From Candidatus Parcubacteria bacterium (lineage in GTDB: Bacteria > Patescibacteriota > Patescibacteriia > UBA1558 > GWA2-36-10), in NCBI GenBank assembly GCA_018664825.1, contig JABJNO010000002.1, positions 14,068 through 78,067 of the forward strand: a stretch of 64,000 bases of DNA. The letters run 5' to 3'. Below, one piece after another: positions 50,077 through 59,074 of the stretch. Under the pieces are notes generated by a model that was given only the letters and a program-made list of their open reading frames with translations, was not told where the DNA came from and did no database searches. The position numbers and the translations under genes were made by a program. Every line of letters begins with the position of its first letter. Positions within the stretch are counted from its first letter, which is position 1.

Positions 50077-51825
50077 ATGCCCGATTCCCCAACATCAAGT
50101 ATTCACATAGCAAAAGATGAAACTTCTCAAAAACTAGATGAAAAGTTGTCATCTATAAAAATACGTGAAGAAGAACAAGAAGTAGAAAGGCAGGCCACTG
50201 CTCAAAATTTGTCATACATTGATTTGAGTAAGTTCCCTATTTCTCAAGATGCTATAAAACTTATTCCTCGAGAAAAAGCTGAAGTCTTACAGACTATTTG
50301 TTTTTTGTATACTGGCGAAGAAATGCGCTTTGGATCACTCAATCCTACCAACCCTCAGGTGACCAATATTTCTCGTGAGCTAGCCGAAAAATACCATGCA
50401 AATGTAAAAATATATCTAATATCTGAATATAGCTTTAACAAGTCTATGGAGGTTTTTGATAAAATACCAACCATCATCCATATGGAAGGTATCACTATCA
50501 CTGCCGAAGATTTGCAAAAGTTCAATGAAAAACTAAATAATTTTGATGAACTACAAAGCCTTGTCCAAGATACTGGATTGACCGAAACAGTAAATCTAGT
50601 CATCGCCGCTTCTCTAAAATTTGGTGCTTCTGATATACATATTGAAGCAGAAAAAACTGACATCAAAGTCAGGTTTAGGATCGATGGTGTTCTACATGAT
50701 GTGGCCAAATTACCAATGGATGCTTGGCCAAAGATAAACTCTAGAATCAAGCTACTATCTGGACTCAAACTAAACATAGGCAACAAACCTCAAGATGGTC
50801 GTTTTAGTATCTCCATGGCCGATGATGCAGTGGATGTTAGGGTCTCTACTATTCCTTCTACTTTTGGTGAAAGTATTGTAATGCGTTTACTCAAAGCTTC
50901 TAGTATCGGCCTAGAGTTTGAAAAACTAGGTCTCAAAGGAAAGGCTTTTAATGACCTCAAGGGTCAAATAGAAAAACCAAACGGCATGGTAATATCTACT
51001 GGCCCCACAGGAAGTGGTAAAACCACCACCCTATATGCCATCCTAAACAAACTCAATAATCCAGATACAAAGATCATCACTCTAGAAGATCCGGTTGAGT
51101 ACAAATTGGCAGGTATTGTCCAGAGTCAAGTAGATAATGCTGATGGTAACGACCAAGAGCCTGTTGTTGCCGGAGAATCCAAGCCAAGGTCCTCAAAATA
51201 TACCTTTGCTCGAGGCCTGAGAGCTATTTTAAGACAAGATCCAGATGTGGTGATGGTTGGTGAAATCCGTGACCTAGAAACCGCTGATACGGCTATCAAC
51301 GCTGCTTTGACTGGTCATATGATGCTTTCTACTATTCATACCAATTCTGCTGCTGGTACTATACCCCGTTTACTCGCTATGGGTGTCCAACCATTTTTAT
51401 TGGCCCCTTCTCTCAATGCTATCATAGGACAAAGATTGATTCGCCGTCTTTGCACAGAATGCAAGGTAGAAGACACTGAGATTGATAATACCAAAATGAC
51501 CACCATCATGAATACGCTAAATGAAGTAGCTCCCGAGTCAGGACATAAGCCAGATGAATCTGCTTTGACTAACCTAAAATTTTATAAATCCGTTGGTTGT
51601 GACAAATGTCACGGACTTGGATACAAGGGTCGAGTTGGTATCTATGAAGTAATGACCATGTCTCCAGAAGTAGAAAAAATGATATTGTCTGGTAAAGTAT
51701 CAGAATATGAAATGGAAAAATTAGCCGTCAGTCAGGGAATGATTACTATGTTCCAAGATGGACTGCTCAAAGCCATGGAAGGTATAACCTCAATAGAAGA
51801 AGTCTTTGGAGAAATAAAAGATTAA
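50077..51825 (+). CDS. pilB: Type IV pilus/T2SS assembly ATPase (PilB/GspE family)
   Basis: ASDIHIE, PQDGRF, GPTGSGKTTTLY, TLEDPVEY, LRQDPD, GH...STIHTN, two CxxC pairs. Confidence 0.9.
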   Translation: MPDSPTSSIHIAKDETSQKLDEKLSSIKIREEEQEVERQATAQNLSYIDLSKFPISQDAIKLIPREKAEVLQTICFLYTGEEMRFGSLNPTNPQVTNISRELAEKYHANVKIYLISEYSFNKSMEVFDKIPTIIHMEGITITAEDLQKFNEKLNNFDELQSLVQDTGLTETVNLVIAASLKFGASDIHIEAEKTDIKVRFRIDGVLHDVAKLPMDAWPKINSRIKLLSGLKLNIGNKPQDGRFSISMADDAVDVRVSTIPSTFGESIVMRLLKASSIGLEFEKLGLKGKAFNDLKGQIEKPNGMVISTGPTGSGKTTTLYAILNKLNNPDTKIITLEDPVEYKLAGIVQSQVDNADGNDQEPVVAGESKPRSSKYTFARGLRAILRQDPDVVMVGEIRDLETADTAINAALTGHMMLSTIHTNSAAGTIPRLLAMGVQPFLLAPSLNAIIGQRLIRRLCTECKVEDTEIDNTKMTTIMNTLNEVAPESGHKPDESALTNLKFYKSVGCDKCHGLGYKGRVGIYEVMTMSPEVEKMILSGKVSEYEMEKLAVSQGMITMFQDGLLKAMEGITSIEEVFGEIKD

Positions 51826-51830
51826 AATTT

Positions 51831-51858
51831 AAACACCGCCCTGGGGCGGTGTTTTTTT
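51831..51858. terminator. Terminator between convergent pilB and valS
   Basis: AAACACCGCC..GGCGGTGTTT plus T tract. Confidence 0.8.
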
Positions 51859-51892
51859 ATTTGAGTTTTTGGCCTAGGTCACCCTCTCTGGC

Positions 51893-54739
51893 CTATTGGC
51901 CATTCACCTTGTTCTTGGCTTCGGCTAATCGTTTTTTTGTATCCTCTATCACCTGCGGTGGTGCATTGCTGACAAATTTTTCATTGGCTAGCTTGGCTTC
52001 TGTATTTTTAATATATTTTTCCAGATCTTGTTTTTCTTTGTCTGACAATTCTTTGGTCAAATCTATAAATACCTTACTGCTGTTTATGGCTATTGGTTTT
52101 ACATTTACTTTTTTGTCCGTCAGATTGACCCTAGCCATCTTGGCGGCAAGTTCTAGATATTTTTTATCCAAAATTTTACTGTCCAAATTACAATCGGGAA
52201 ATTCAGTTGGCGGTATCTTATTTTCAGCTTTAAGATTTCTTAAACTTACTACCAGTTCTTTGAGTTCAGTAAAATTTGTAATTACATCCTTATCCACTTT
52301 ACCAGCTTTGGGCCACTCTTTGACCATCATTAATTCTTTTTCACCAAATTGCTCCCAAATCACTTCTGTCACAAATGGAATAAAAGGATGACACAAAACA
52401 AGGAGTCTTTCCAAAATATAAAGTAATATCTCTTCTTTGTCTTTTTCTATTTTAGAAATTTCTAAATACCAATCTGCCAAATCATCCCAAGTAAAATGAT
52501 AAAGCTTGGTACCTGCTTCTGAAAAATGAAATTTTTCTAAGTCCTCGCTTATTTCTTTTATAGTTTCGTTAAATTCAGACAAAATCCACTTATCAGCCAG
52601 AGTTTTTGCCCTTGGTTGTTTTTTGACTCTTTTGACGTTGTCTGCACTGGTAAAAATAAATCGAGAAATATTCCAAAGTTTATTTACAAAATTTCTATAA
52701 CCCGCAATCTTGTCTTCATAAAGTCGCATATCTGCTCCTGGTGCAGATCCAATGATCAAAGACAGACGAAGTGCGTCGGTACCAAATTTTTCACTCATTT
52801 TTATCGGATCTATACCATTACCCAAAGACTTGGACATTTTTTTGCCATCCTTATCTCGGATCATACCATGTAGATAAACAGTATCAAATGGCTTTGTTTC
52901 CAAAACATACTCTGTCATCATTATCATCCTAGCTACCCAAAAAAATAAAATATCATAGCCAGTCTCCATTACAGAGCTTGGATGAAATAAATCTAGATCT
53001 GACTTTTTACTATAAACAAAATCATAAGCCCATAAGTCCGTATTATCCGTAATATCCTTGTCTGGATAATATTTTTTGAATGTTTTTTTGAAATCATCTT
53101 TATCCTTATACTCTTCGTGACCCTTTTGTTTGGGATCTACATCTTTAAACTTAATTTTTTGAATATTGGTAATTTTTATATAACCAAAATTTTTCTTTGT
53201 CTGAGTATTTTCCACAACAATAGTTTCACCAATACTATATCCCTTATCTGCCAATCTATATGTTTTGGTTTTTTCTCCACTCTCTACTATCTTGACCAAA
53301 TCTTTATCAAGACCAATTTTGTTTTGTATTGGCCACCCCAAAGTAGAAAAGGTCCAAAGTGAAGATGAAAACCAAGTATCAAGAGTGTCTTTGTCTTGAG
53401 TTAGTTTTTTATTACCAGCTTTTTTGTTTGCTTCAGTTTCATTTGGAGCTACTATCACCTCTCCATCCTCGGTATACCAAACAGGAATCCGATGTCCCCA
53501 CCAAATCTGACGAGAAATACACCAATCATGAAGATTTTCCATCCAATGATAATATGTTTTATCAAATCGCTTTGGTAATATTTCTATATCCCCACCTTTG
53601 ACGGCATTGATAGCCAATTCTTTGAGGCTCTTGCCTCGGCTTGGAATTTTTTTGTTTACCCTGACAAACCATTGTTCAGAAGTAAGTGGCTCAATAGGAG
53701 TATCACAACGATAACAAATAGAAAGATTGTTTTTTATACTATCTATTTTTTCTATTTGACCTGCTTTTTCCAAATCAGCTACAAATTCTCTTCTGGCTTG
53801 CAAAACATTTTTACCTTTGTACTTGCCACCGGTTTTCATGATATGTCCAGACTCATCAATCAGTTTGATAATTTCCAAATCATGCCTTTGAGCAAGCTCA
53901 TAATCAGTTGTACTGTGAGCAGGGGTTACTCCCACTACTCCACTACCAAATCTTTTATCGATTTCTTTATCGGCAATGACTTTTACTTTTATCTTGTGTC
54001 CAGCCAGATCTATATCCAGCTCTTGCCCAACATATTTTTTGTATCTTCGATCACTCGGGTGGACAGCTACACCAGTATCGGCTAGTTTTGTTTCTGGTCT
54101 AGTCGTTGCCACTACAAATGGACCATATTTTATATAATATAGTTTAGCGTCTTGTTCTTTGTGTTCTACTTCATCGTCAGCTAGGGTAGAGGCGCAGCGC
54201 GGACACCAATTGACTATCCGATAATCCCTCTCTATCAAACCGTCGTCATACATTTTGACAAAAGCTTGATTGACCGCCTTTGATAAGCCGTCGTCAAAAG
54301 TATATCTTTCACGAGACCAATCACAACTAGAGCCCATCTTGCGAGTTTGTTTGCGGATGGTACCTTGTGAGCTAGCTACGTATTCTTTGACTCTGCCCAA
54401 AAACTTTTCTCGACCAAGTTTTTTTCTGTCTGTACCCTCGATAGCCAAAATCTTTTCTACCTTTGTCTGGGTAGCAATAGCCGCATGGTCAGTACCTGGC
54501 ACCCAAAGAGCCTTATCGCCCTTGAGGCGGTGGAAACGGACCATTAGGTCTTCGTAGGCCAAAGCAGCGGCATGCCCCAGATGCAAAATACCAGTAGCAT
54601 TTGGTGGTGGCATAGATATGACAAAAGGCTTCCCCTTGGCTTTGAGCTTGTCAGGATCAAAAAGACCAGACTCTTCCCAGGTCTTATAAATATCATCTTC
54701 ATATTTGGTTGGCTCGTAAGCTTTGGCTAATTCTTGCAT
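51893..54739 (-). CDS. valS: Valine--tRNA ligase with inserted ASCH domain
   Basis: PPPNATG.LHLGH, GTDHA, WCISRQIWWGHRIP, LDTWFSS, TGYDILFFWVARM, KMSKS; ~110-aa insertion after GWP. Confidence 0.96.
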   Translation of the reverse strand: MQELAKAYEPTKYEDDIYKTWEESGLFDPDKLKAKGKPFVISMPPPNATGILHLGHAAALAYEDLMVRFHRLKGDKALWVPGTDHAAIATQTKVEKILAIEGTDRKKLGREKFLGRVKEYVASSQGTIRKQTRKMGSSCDWSRERYTFDDGLSKAVNQAFVKMYDDGLIERDYRIVNWCPRCASTLADDEVEHKEQDAKLYYIKYGPFVVATTRPETKLADTGVAVHPSDRRYKKYVGQELDIDLAGHKIKVKVIADKEIDKRFGSGVVGVTPAHSTTDYELAQRHDLEIIKLIDESGHIMKTGGKYKGKNVLQARREFVADLEKAGQIEKIDSIKNNLSICYRCDTPIEPLTSEQWFVRVNKKIPSRGKSLKELAINAVKGGDIEILPKRFDKTYYHWMENLHDWCISRQIWWGHRIPVWYTEDGEVIVAPNETEANKKAGNKKLTQDKDTLDTWFSSSLWTFSTLGWPIQNKIGLDKDLVKIVESGEKTKTYRLADKGYSIGETIVVENTQTKKNFGYIKITNIQKIKFKDVDPKQKGHEEYKDKDDFKKTFKKYYPDKDITDNTDLWAYDFVYSKKSDLDLFHPSSVMETGYDILFFWVARMIMMTEYVLETKPFDTVYLHGMIRDKDGKKMSKSLGNGIDPIKMSEKFGTDALRLSLIIGSAPGADMRLYEDKIAGYRNFVNKLWNISRFIFTSADNVKRVKKQPRAKTLADKWILSEFNETIKEISEDLEKFHFSEAGTKLYHFTWDDLADWYLEISKIEKDKEEILLYILERLLVLCHPFIPFVTEVIWEQFGEKELMMVKEWPKAGKVDKDVITNFTELKELVVSLRNLKAENKIPPTEFPDCNLDSKILDKKYLELAAKMARVNLTDKKVNVKPIAINSSKVFIDLTKELSDKEKQDLEKYIKNTEAKLANEKFVSNAPPQVIEDTKKRLAEAKNKVNGQ

Positions 54740-54744
54740 AATTT

Positions 54745-54913
54745 TGTTTAAAAAATAAAAACGCAAAATAATTGCGTTTAAGGGCCCAAAAAATTGGACG
54801 GTACCACCTTAATTTGTTCTTGATTTTGACGCTATAACGGGCGCACCCCGACAGGTTCTACCTTGGTTCTTCCTGCAGCTCTTCGAGTGACATGAATCTC
54901 GAATCAAACGCTT
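54745..54913 (-). promoter_or_regulatory. T-box riboswitch (Val), ultrashort Stem I type
   Basis: T-box AAGG-UGGUACC-GUCCAA..UUGGGC-CCUU antiterminator (54810-54780); Stem IIA/B CGGG..CCCGUUA; short Stem I with GUC in apical loop; directly upstream of valS. Confidence 0.85.
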
Positions 54914-54956
54914 TTTATTTGATTATAGTAATACAATGATACAATTTATCATTATA

Positions 54957-55379
54957 TTAGTCAATTATGATTTTTCTTTTGTCTCCACCCAAACTTTCTA
55001 TCTTTATATATATTGTACCCTCGGGTAAATCATTTATTTTATCAGCCCACTCTACCACTACCACATTGTTGTCATGATTTAGGTAATCACCCAGGCCAAT
55101 ATCTTGCAAATCCTCAGCATGCTCCAAACGATAACAATCTACATGCACCAATCTTTCTACTTTGCCAAAATCAGCATCATATACTTTCATCAAAACAAAA
55201 GTAGGGCTAGTGATGTTGTCCTCTATGCCCATAGCTCGAGCCAGGGCTTTGACAAAAACAGTCTTACCGGCTCCTAGGTTGCCTGCCAAGGCAATGAGCT
55301 CACCGCCCCGAAGAGTACCAGCTACTTCTTTGGCTATTTTCTGAGTGTCGCCTATATTGTTACTTGTATATTCTTTCAT
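54957..55379 (-). CDS. tsaE: t6A biosynthesis ATPase TsaE
   Basis: GNLGAGKT, ITSPTF, HVDCYRL, VEWA. Confidence 0.95.
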   Translation of the reverse strand: MKEYTSNNIGDTQKIAKEVAGTLRGGELIALAGNLGAGKTVFVKALARAMGIEDNITSPTFVLMKVYDADFGKVERLVHVDCYRLEHAEDLQDIGLGDYLNHDNNVVVVEWADKINDLPEGTIYIKIESLGGDKRKIIID

Positions 55380-55388
55380 TTTTTTGTT

Positions 55389-56432
55389 TTATTTTACTAA
55401 TTGCCAATTTGATTTTGGTTGCAAGTTAAAAATTTCTTTTCCTTGCAAAATGTCTGCTTGTTTATTTTGTATCTTATAGTATGCGGCAGCCGCTATCATA
55501 GCTGCATTGTCTCCTGTATATTTTATCTCCGGAAAAAAGAAAGGCATGTCCAATTTTTTTGCTTCTACTGATAATCTACTTTTTAGATTTGAGTTGGCAG
55601 CCACTCCTCCGGCCAACATAATAGACTTTACACCAAACTCTCCGACTGCCCTGATGGTTTTGTGTACCAATACATCAGTCACTGCCGTTTGAAAACTAGC
55701 GCAAACATCTTTGACATCTTTTTTGTTTATATTTTTCTTTTTCTCAAGTGTATAGAGCACAGCTGTCTTGAGTCCCGCTAAACTAAAGTCATAATTATCC
55801 TTATCCATCATTGGGCGAGGCAACTTATATGCTTTGTCATCACCCTCTTCTGCTAATCTACTGACTATAGGACCGCCAGGATAGCCCAGGTTCATCATCT
55901 TGGCTACTTTGTCATAAGCCTCACCAACGGCATCATCCAAGGTCTGTCCAATCAATTGATAGTCTCCATGTCCTTTCATCAAAACTAGCTCCGTATGCCC
56001 TCCTGAGACGATAAGTACTAGACTTGGAAAATATTTTTGAGAGTTTTTTACCAATTCATCATTTGATAACCAATTTGAATACACGTGTCCTTCCATATGG
56101 TTGATTGGCACCAAAGGTAATTTGTTAATATAAGCCAAGGTTTTGGCTACGGTCATACCCAAAAGCAAAGAAGTAATCAAACCAGGGCCACTTGTGACCG
56201 CTAGATAATCAACGTCCTTTAGCTTATCTTTACCAAGTGTGTCATCCACCAATGGGATAATAGTCTCCAGATGTTTACGAGCAGCTACCTCTGGTACAAC
56301 GCCGCCGTATTTTTTGTGTATGTCTATCTGAGAATAAATAGCGTTTTTCTCCAAAATCAAAGAATCACCACCACCCTCGATCTTGGCAACGGCTGTTTCG
56401 TCACACGATGATTCTATAGCTAATACTTTCAT
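55389..56432 (-). CDS. tsaD: tRNA N6-threonylcarbamoyltransferase TsaD
   Basis: IESSCDET, GGVVPEVAARKH, NHMEGH, VSGGHT, DNAAMI. Confidence 0.96.
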   Translation of the reverse strand: MKVLAIESSCDETAVAKIEGGGDSLILEKNAIYSQIDIHKKYGGVVPEVAARKHLETIIPLVDDTLGKDKLKDVDYLAVTSGPGLITSLLLGMTVAKTLAYINKLPLVPINHMEGHVYSNWLSNDELVKNSQKYFPSLVLIVSGGHTELVLMKGHGDYQLIGQTLDDAVGEAYDKVAKMMNLGYPGGPIVSRLAEEGDDKAYKLPRPMMDKDNYDFSLAGLKTAVLYTLEKKKNINKKDVKDVCASFQTAVTDVLVHKTIRAVGEFGVKSIMLAGGVAANSNLKSRLSVEAKKLDMPFFFPEIKYTGDNAAMIAAAAYYKIQNKQADILQGKEIFNLQPKSNWQLVK

Positions 56433-56559
56433 ATATACATTATAACAGATTTGATAATTTAACTGAAAAATAGCACCCTGTCAATGATGGCGCAAGGGCT
56501 TGTCCATAATCAAGTTTTGTACTATCATATACTATATTCAATTGGGTAAGCCCTAAAAT

Positions 56560-57201
56560 ATGTCTAGGAAAAAATTGCAAAGGTTTGCAGAAACCGAAAA
56601 ATTCCCAAACTTGGCCCAGGTGCATCAGCCTGACATCAAAGAAAAATTGGCCGATTTTTTGGAGGACAACAATTCTATAATATTAGAGCTCGCCTGTGGT
56701 AAAGGAGCCTATACTCTAGCCCTAGCCAAAAAACTTCCTCACATAAAATTTATCGGTATAGATATACAAGGTGAACGTCTTTGGTCTGGAGCCAAACAGG
56801 CTATAGAACAAAACTTGAAAAATGTTTTTTTCTTGAGGATTCAAATAGAAAATTTAGCTGAATATTTTACAAAAAACTCTATCAACGAAATCTTGATCAC
56901 TTTTCCTGATCCTTTCCCTAGAGAAAAACAATTACGCAAAAGATTGACCTCTTATAGATTTTTAGAAATATACAAGCAACTTATAAAAGAAGATGGCCTG
57001 ATCCATTTGAAAACTGATGATGAAAATCTTTTTGATTTTTCAGTTGAGACTATACAAAATTTTGGGGGCACCATCAAAACCAATACCAAAGATATTTATT
57101 CTAAAATAAATATTGATCCCATACTAGAAATAAAAACTTACTATGAACATATGCACCTCAAAGCTGGGAAAAAGATAAATTATCTCAAGTTTAGCCTCTA
57201 A
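56560..57201 (+). CDS. trmB: tRNA (guanine-N7)-methyltransferase
   Basis: ELACGKG, FPDP, KRLT, HLKTD, T.YE. Confidence 0.92.
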   Translation: MSRKKLQRFAETEKFPNLAQVHQPDIKEKLADFLEDNNSIILELACGKGAYTLALAKKLPHIKFIGIDIQGERLWSGAKQAIEQNLKNVFFLRIQIENLAEYFTKNSINEILITFPDPFPREKQLRKRLTSYRFLEIYKQLIKEDGLIHLKTDDENLFDFSVETIQNFGGTIKTNTKDIYSKINIDPILEIKTYYEHMHLKAGKKINYLKFSL

Positions 57202-57203
57202 GT

Positions 57204-57232
57204 TTGACATCATTTTTAAAGCAGAGTATAAT
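57204..57232 (+). promoter_or_regulatory. Consensus sigma70 promoter
   Basis: TTGACA-17 bp-TATAAT, perfect match. Confidence 0.8.
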
Positions 57233-57242
57233 GTTTATCAGA

Positions 57243-57320
57243 ATGTTAAAAATTATACAACATTTCAAAACTTGTCCGCCAAACCGCTGGTTAAAATTTC
57301 CAAAAAATATTATGAGTTAG
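57243..57320 (+). CDS. Putative 25-aa leader peptide MLKIIQHFKTCPPNRWLKFPKNIMS
   Basis: ATG just after predicted TSS; stop TAG abuts terminator; below ORF-track cutoff. Confidence 0.5.
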   Translation: MLKIIQHFKTCPPNRWLKFPKNIMS

Positions 57321-57345
57321 TCGTTCCGAAAGGAACGATTTTTTT
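57319..57345 (+). terminator. Attenuator-like terminator upstream of AsnRS-like gene
   Basis: AGTCGTTCC-GAAA-GGAACGATT-TTTTT between promoter and CDS. Confidence 0.75.
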
Positions 57346-57371
57346 ATACCTAAAAATTAACAAAAAAGTGT

Positions 57372-58376
57372 ATGAAAAAAGAAAACACCGCCCGCCTTGA
57401 GGGCTTTGTACTCAAGGAAGCAGAAGATTTTTTTCGCGACCAGGGTTTTACTCCTCTTTTTCCGCCAAAGATTGTGCGGGCTAGTGGAGCCTGTGAAAAC
57501 ATCGACACTCTTTTTGAAATAAGTGTTGATAAAGATCACAAGTGGTTTGATAGAAATGCCTACCTTTCTCAAACTGGGCAACTCTATCTAGAGGCCATGG
57601 TACCATCTTTGAAAAAAGTATATTGCATTGGACCATCTTTTCGGGCTGAACCAAAAATCGACAATAGACACCTAACAGAGTTTACTATGTTAGAGATTGA
57701 GTTTGCGGGAAGCTTTGAAGATCTCTTGGTCTCCCAAGAAGACTTGGTACATTACCTGGCTCAGAAAGTTTCTAATCACCCTAGAGCCAAAGAGGATTTT
57801 GGTCTCAGTGACAATGATCTAATCCGTCTCAAAAAATGTCCATCAAAGTTTAAAAGATTTACCTATGACCAAGCAATCAAGAAACTTCAAGACATGGGAG
57901 AAGATATAAAATGGGGAGATGACATATCTAGTCAAAGAGAAAAATTACTAATCGCAGCGGCTGACAATCAGCCGTTATTTATTACCCATTATCCTGACCC
58001 AATGTACAAAGAACACGATGATATCGAAGTAGAAAAGTTTTTCAACATGCTTCCATCAAAAGATAACCCAGGCAGAGTCCTGAGCTCTGACCTTATACTA
58101 CCTTTTAGTGGTGAATCTGTAGGAGCTGCCGCTAGAGTCCATGTTTTGGATGAGCTAGTCAGGCGCCTAAAAAACTCTAAGATGTATAAACGCCTTGAAA
58201 AGAAAGGTGGAGATATATCGGATTTTGAATGGTATATCAACCAAATCAAAGAAAATGGAGCAGTACCACACGCTGGTTGTGGCTTTGGTATGTCTAGAAT
58301 CCTACAATGGATAAGTGGTAAATCCAGTATCGTAGATTGCGTCACTTTCCCAGCCAACAAAGGCAATATTATTTAA
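57372..58376 (+). CDS. Asparaginyl-tRNA synthetase-like catalytic domain only (no anticodon-binding OB fold)
   Basis: YLSQTGQLYLE, motif 2 GPSFRAE...RHLTEF.M.E.E, motif 3 PHAGCGFGMSR; only 334 aa. Confidence 0.85.
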   Translation: MKKENTARLEGFVLKEAEDFFRDQGFTPLFPPKIVRASGACENIDTLFEISVDKDHKWFDRNAYLSQTGQLYLEAMVPSLKKVYCIGPSFRAEPKIDNRHLTEFTMLEIEFAGSFEDLLVSQEDLVHYLAQKVSNHPRAKEDFGLSDNDLIRLKKCPSKFKRFTYDQAIKKLQDMGEDIKWGDDISSQREKLLIAAADNQPLFITHYPDPMYKEHDDIEVEKFFNMLPSKDNPGRVLSSDLILPFSGESVGAAARVHVLDELVRRLKNSKMYKRLEKKGGDISDFEWYINQIKENGAVPHAGCGFGMSRILQWISGKSSIVDCVTFPANKGNII

Positions 58377-58429
58377 AAAACCCAAAAAGTATGTTAAGCT
58401 GATTAGATAATAATTAACCAGATTAACAT

Positions 58430-59044
58430 ATGTCATTTTTAGATAATTTAGAGTGGCGAAACGCTACCAAAGAGTTTGATGCTAGCAAGCCTGTTGTTCA
58501 AGAAGATTTGGACAAAATCCTCAATGCCATCAAAATGGCCCCTACTTCTTTTGGGTTACAATCCTGGCACGTCTATGTAGTAGAAGACTTGGAAACCAGA
58601 AAAAAGATGAAAGAGCATTCTTTTGGGCAAGCCCAAGTAGACACTTCTGCCTACCTATTGGTTTTTTGTGCACGGACCGATGCTATAGAAAGAGTAGATA
58701 GTATGATAGACCACTTATCAGGTGGTGATGCTGCCGCCAAAGAAAAAATGAAAGGCATGGAGGATATGCTAAAAGGTTCTATGCAAAAGAAAAGTCCTGA
58801 GGACGTACTTTGTTGGGCAACCAGACAAGCTTATCTAGCACTAGGCTTTGGTATGGCTGCGGCTGCTGAGCTCAAAGTAGATTCTTGTCCAATGGAAGGA
58901 TTTGTAAATCCAGAAATAGACAAAATTTTGAATTTGCCACCTCATATAAAATCTACGGCTTATCTAGCGCTGGGTAATAGACTCAAAGATCCAGAAAAAC
59001 CAAAATTTAGATTTCCAGACAAAGATTTATTTACTCACCTATAA
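58430..59044 (+). CDS. Nitroreductase family (NfsB-like) flavoprotein
   Basis: WR.ATK.FD, APTSFGLQ.W, DSCPMEGF. Confidence 0.92.
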   Translation: MSFLDNLEWRNATKEFDASKPVVQEDLDKILNAIKMAPTSFGLQSWHVYVVEDLETRKKMKEHSFGQAQVDTSAYLLVFCARTDAIERVDSMIDHLSGGDAAAKEKMKGMEDMLKGSMQKKSPEDVLCWATRQAYLALGFGMAAAAELKVDSCPMEGFVNPEIDKILNLPPHIKSTAYLALGNRLKDPEKPKFRFPDKDLFTHL

Positions 59045-59045
59045 T

Positions 59046-59073
59046 AAAAAACCTCCCACTTGGGAGGTTTTTT
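59046..59073. terminator. Bidirectional terminator
   Basis: AAAAAACCTCCCA-CT-TGGGAGGTTTTTT. Confidence 0.8.
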
Positions 59074-59074
59074 A

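Noticed and set aside
53000-53330. Possible intein or intron in valS
   Set aside because: No N-terminal Cys/Ser or C-terminal His-Asn, no LAGLIDADG motif, frame uninterrupted; reads as an ASCH domain.
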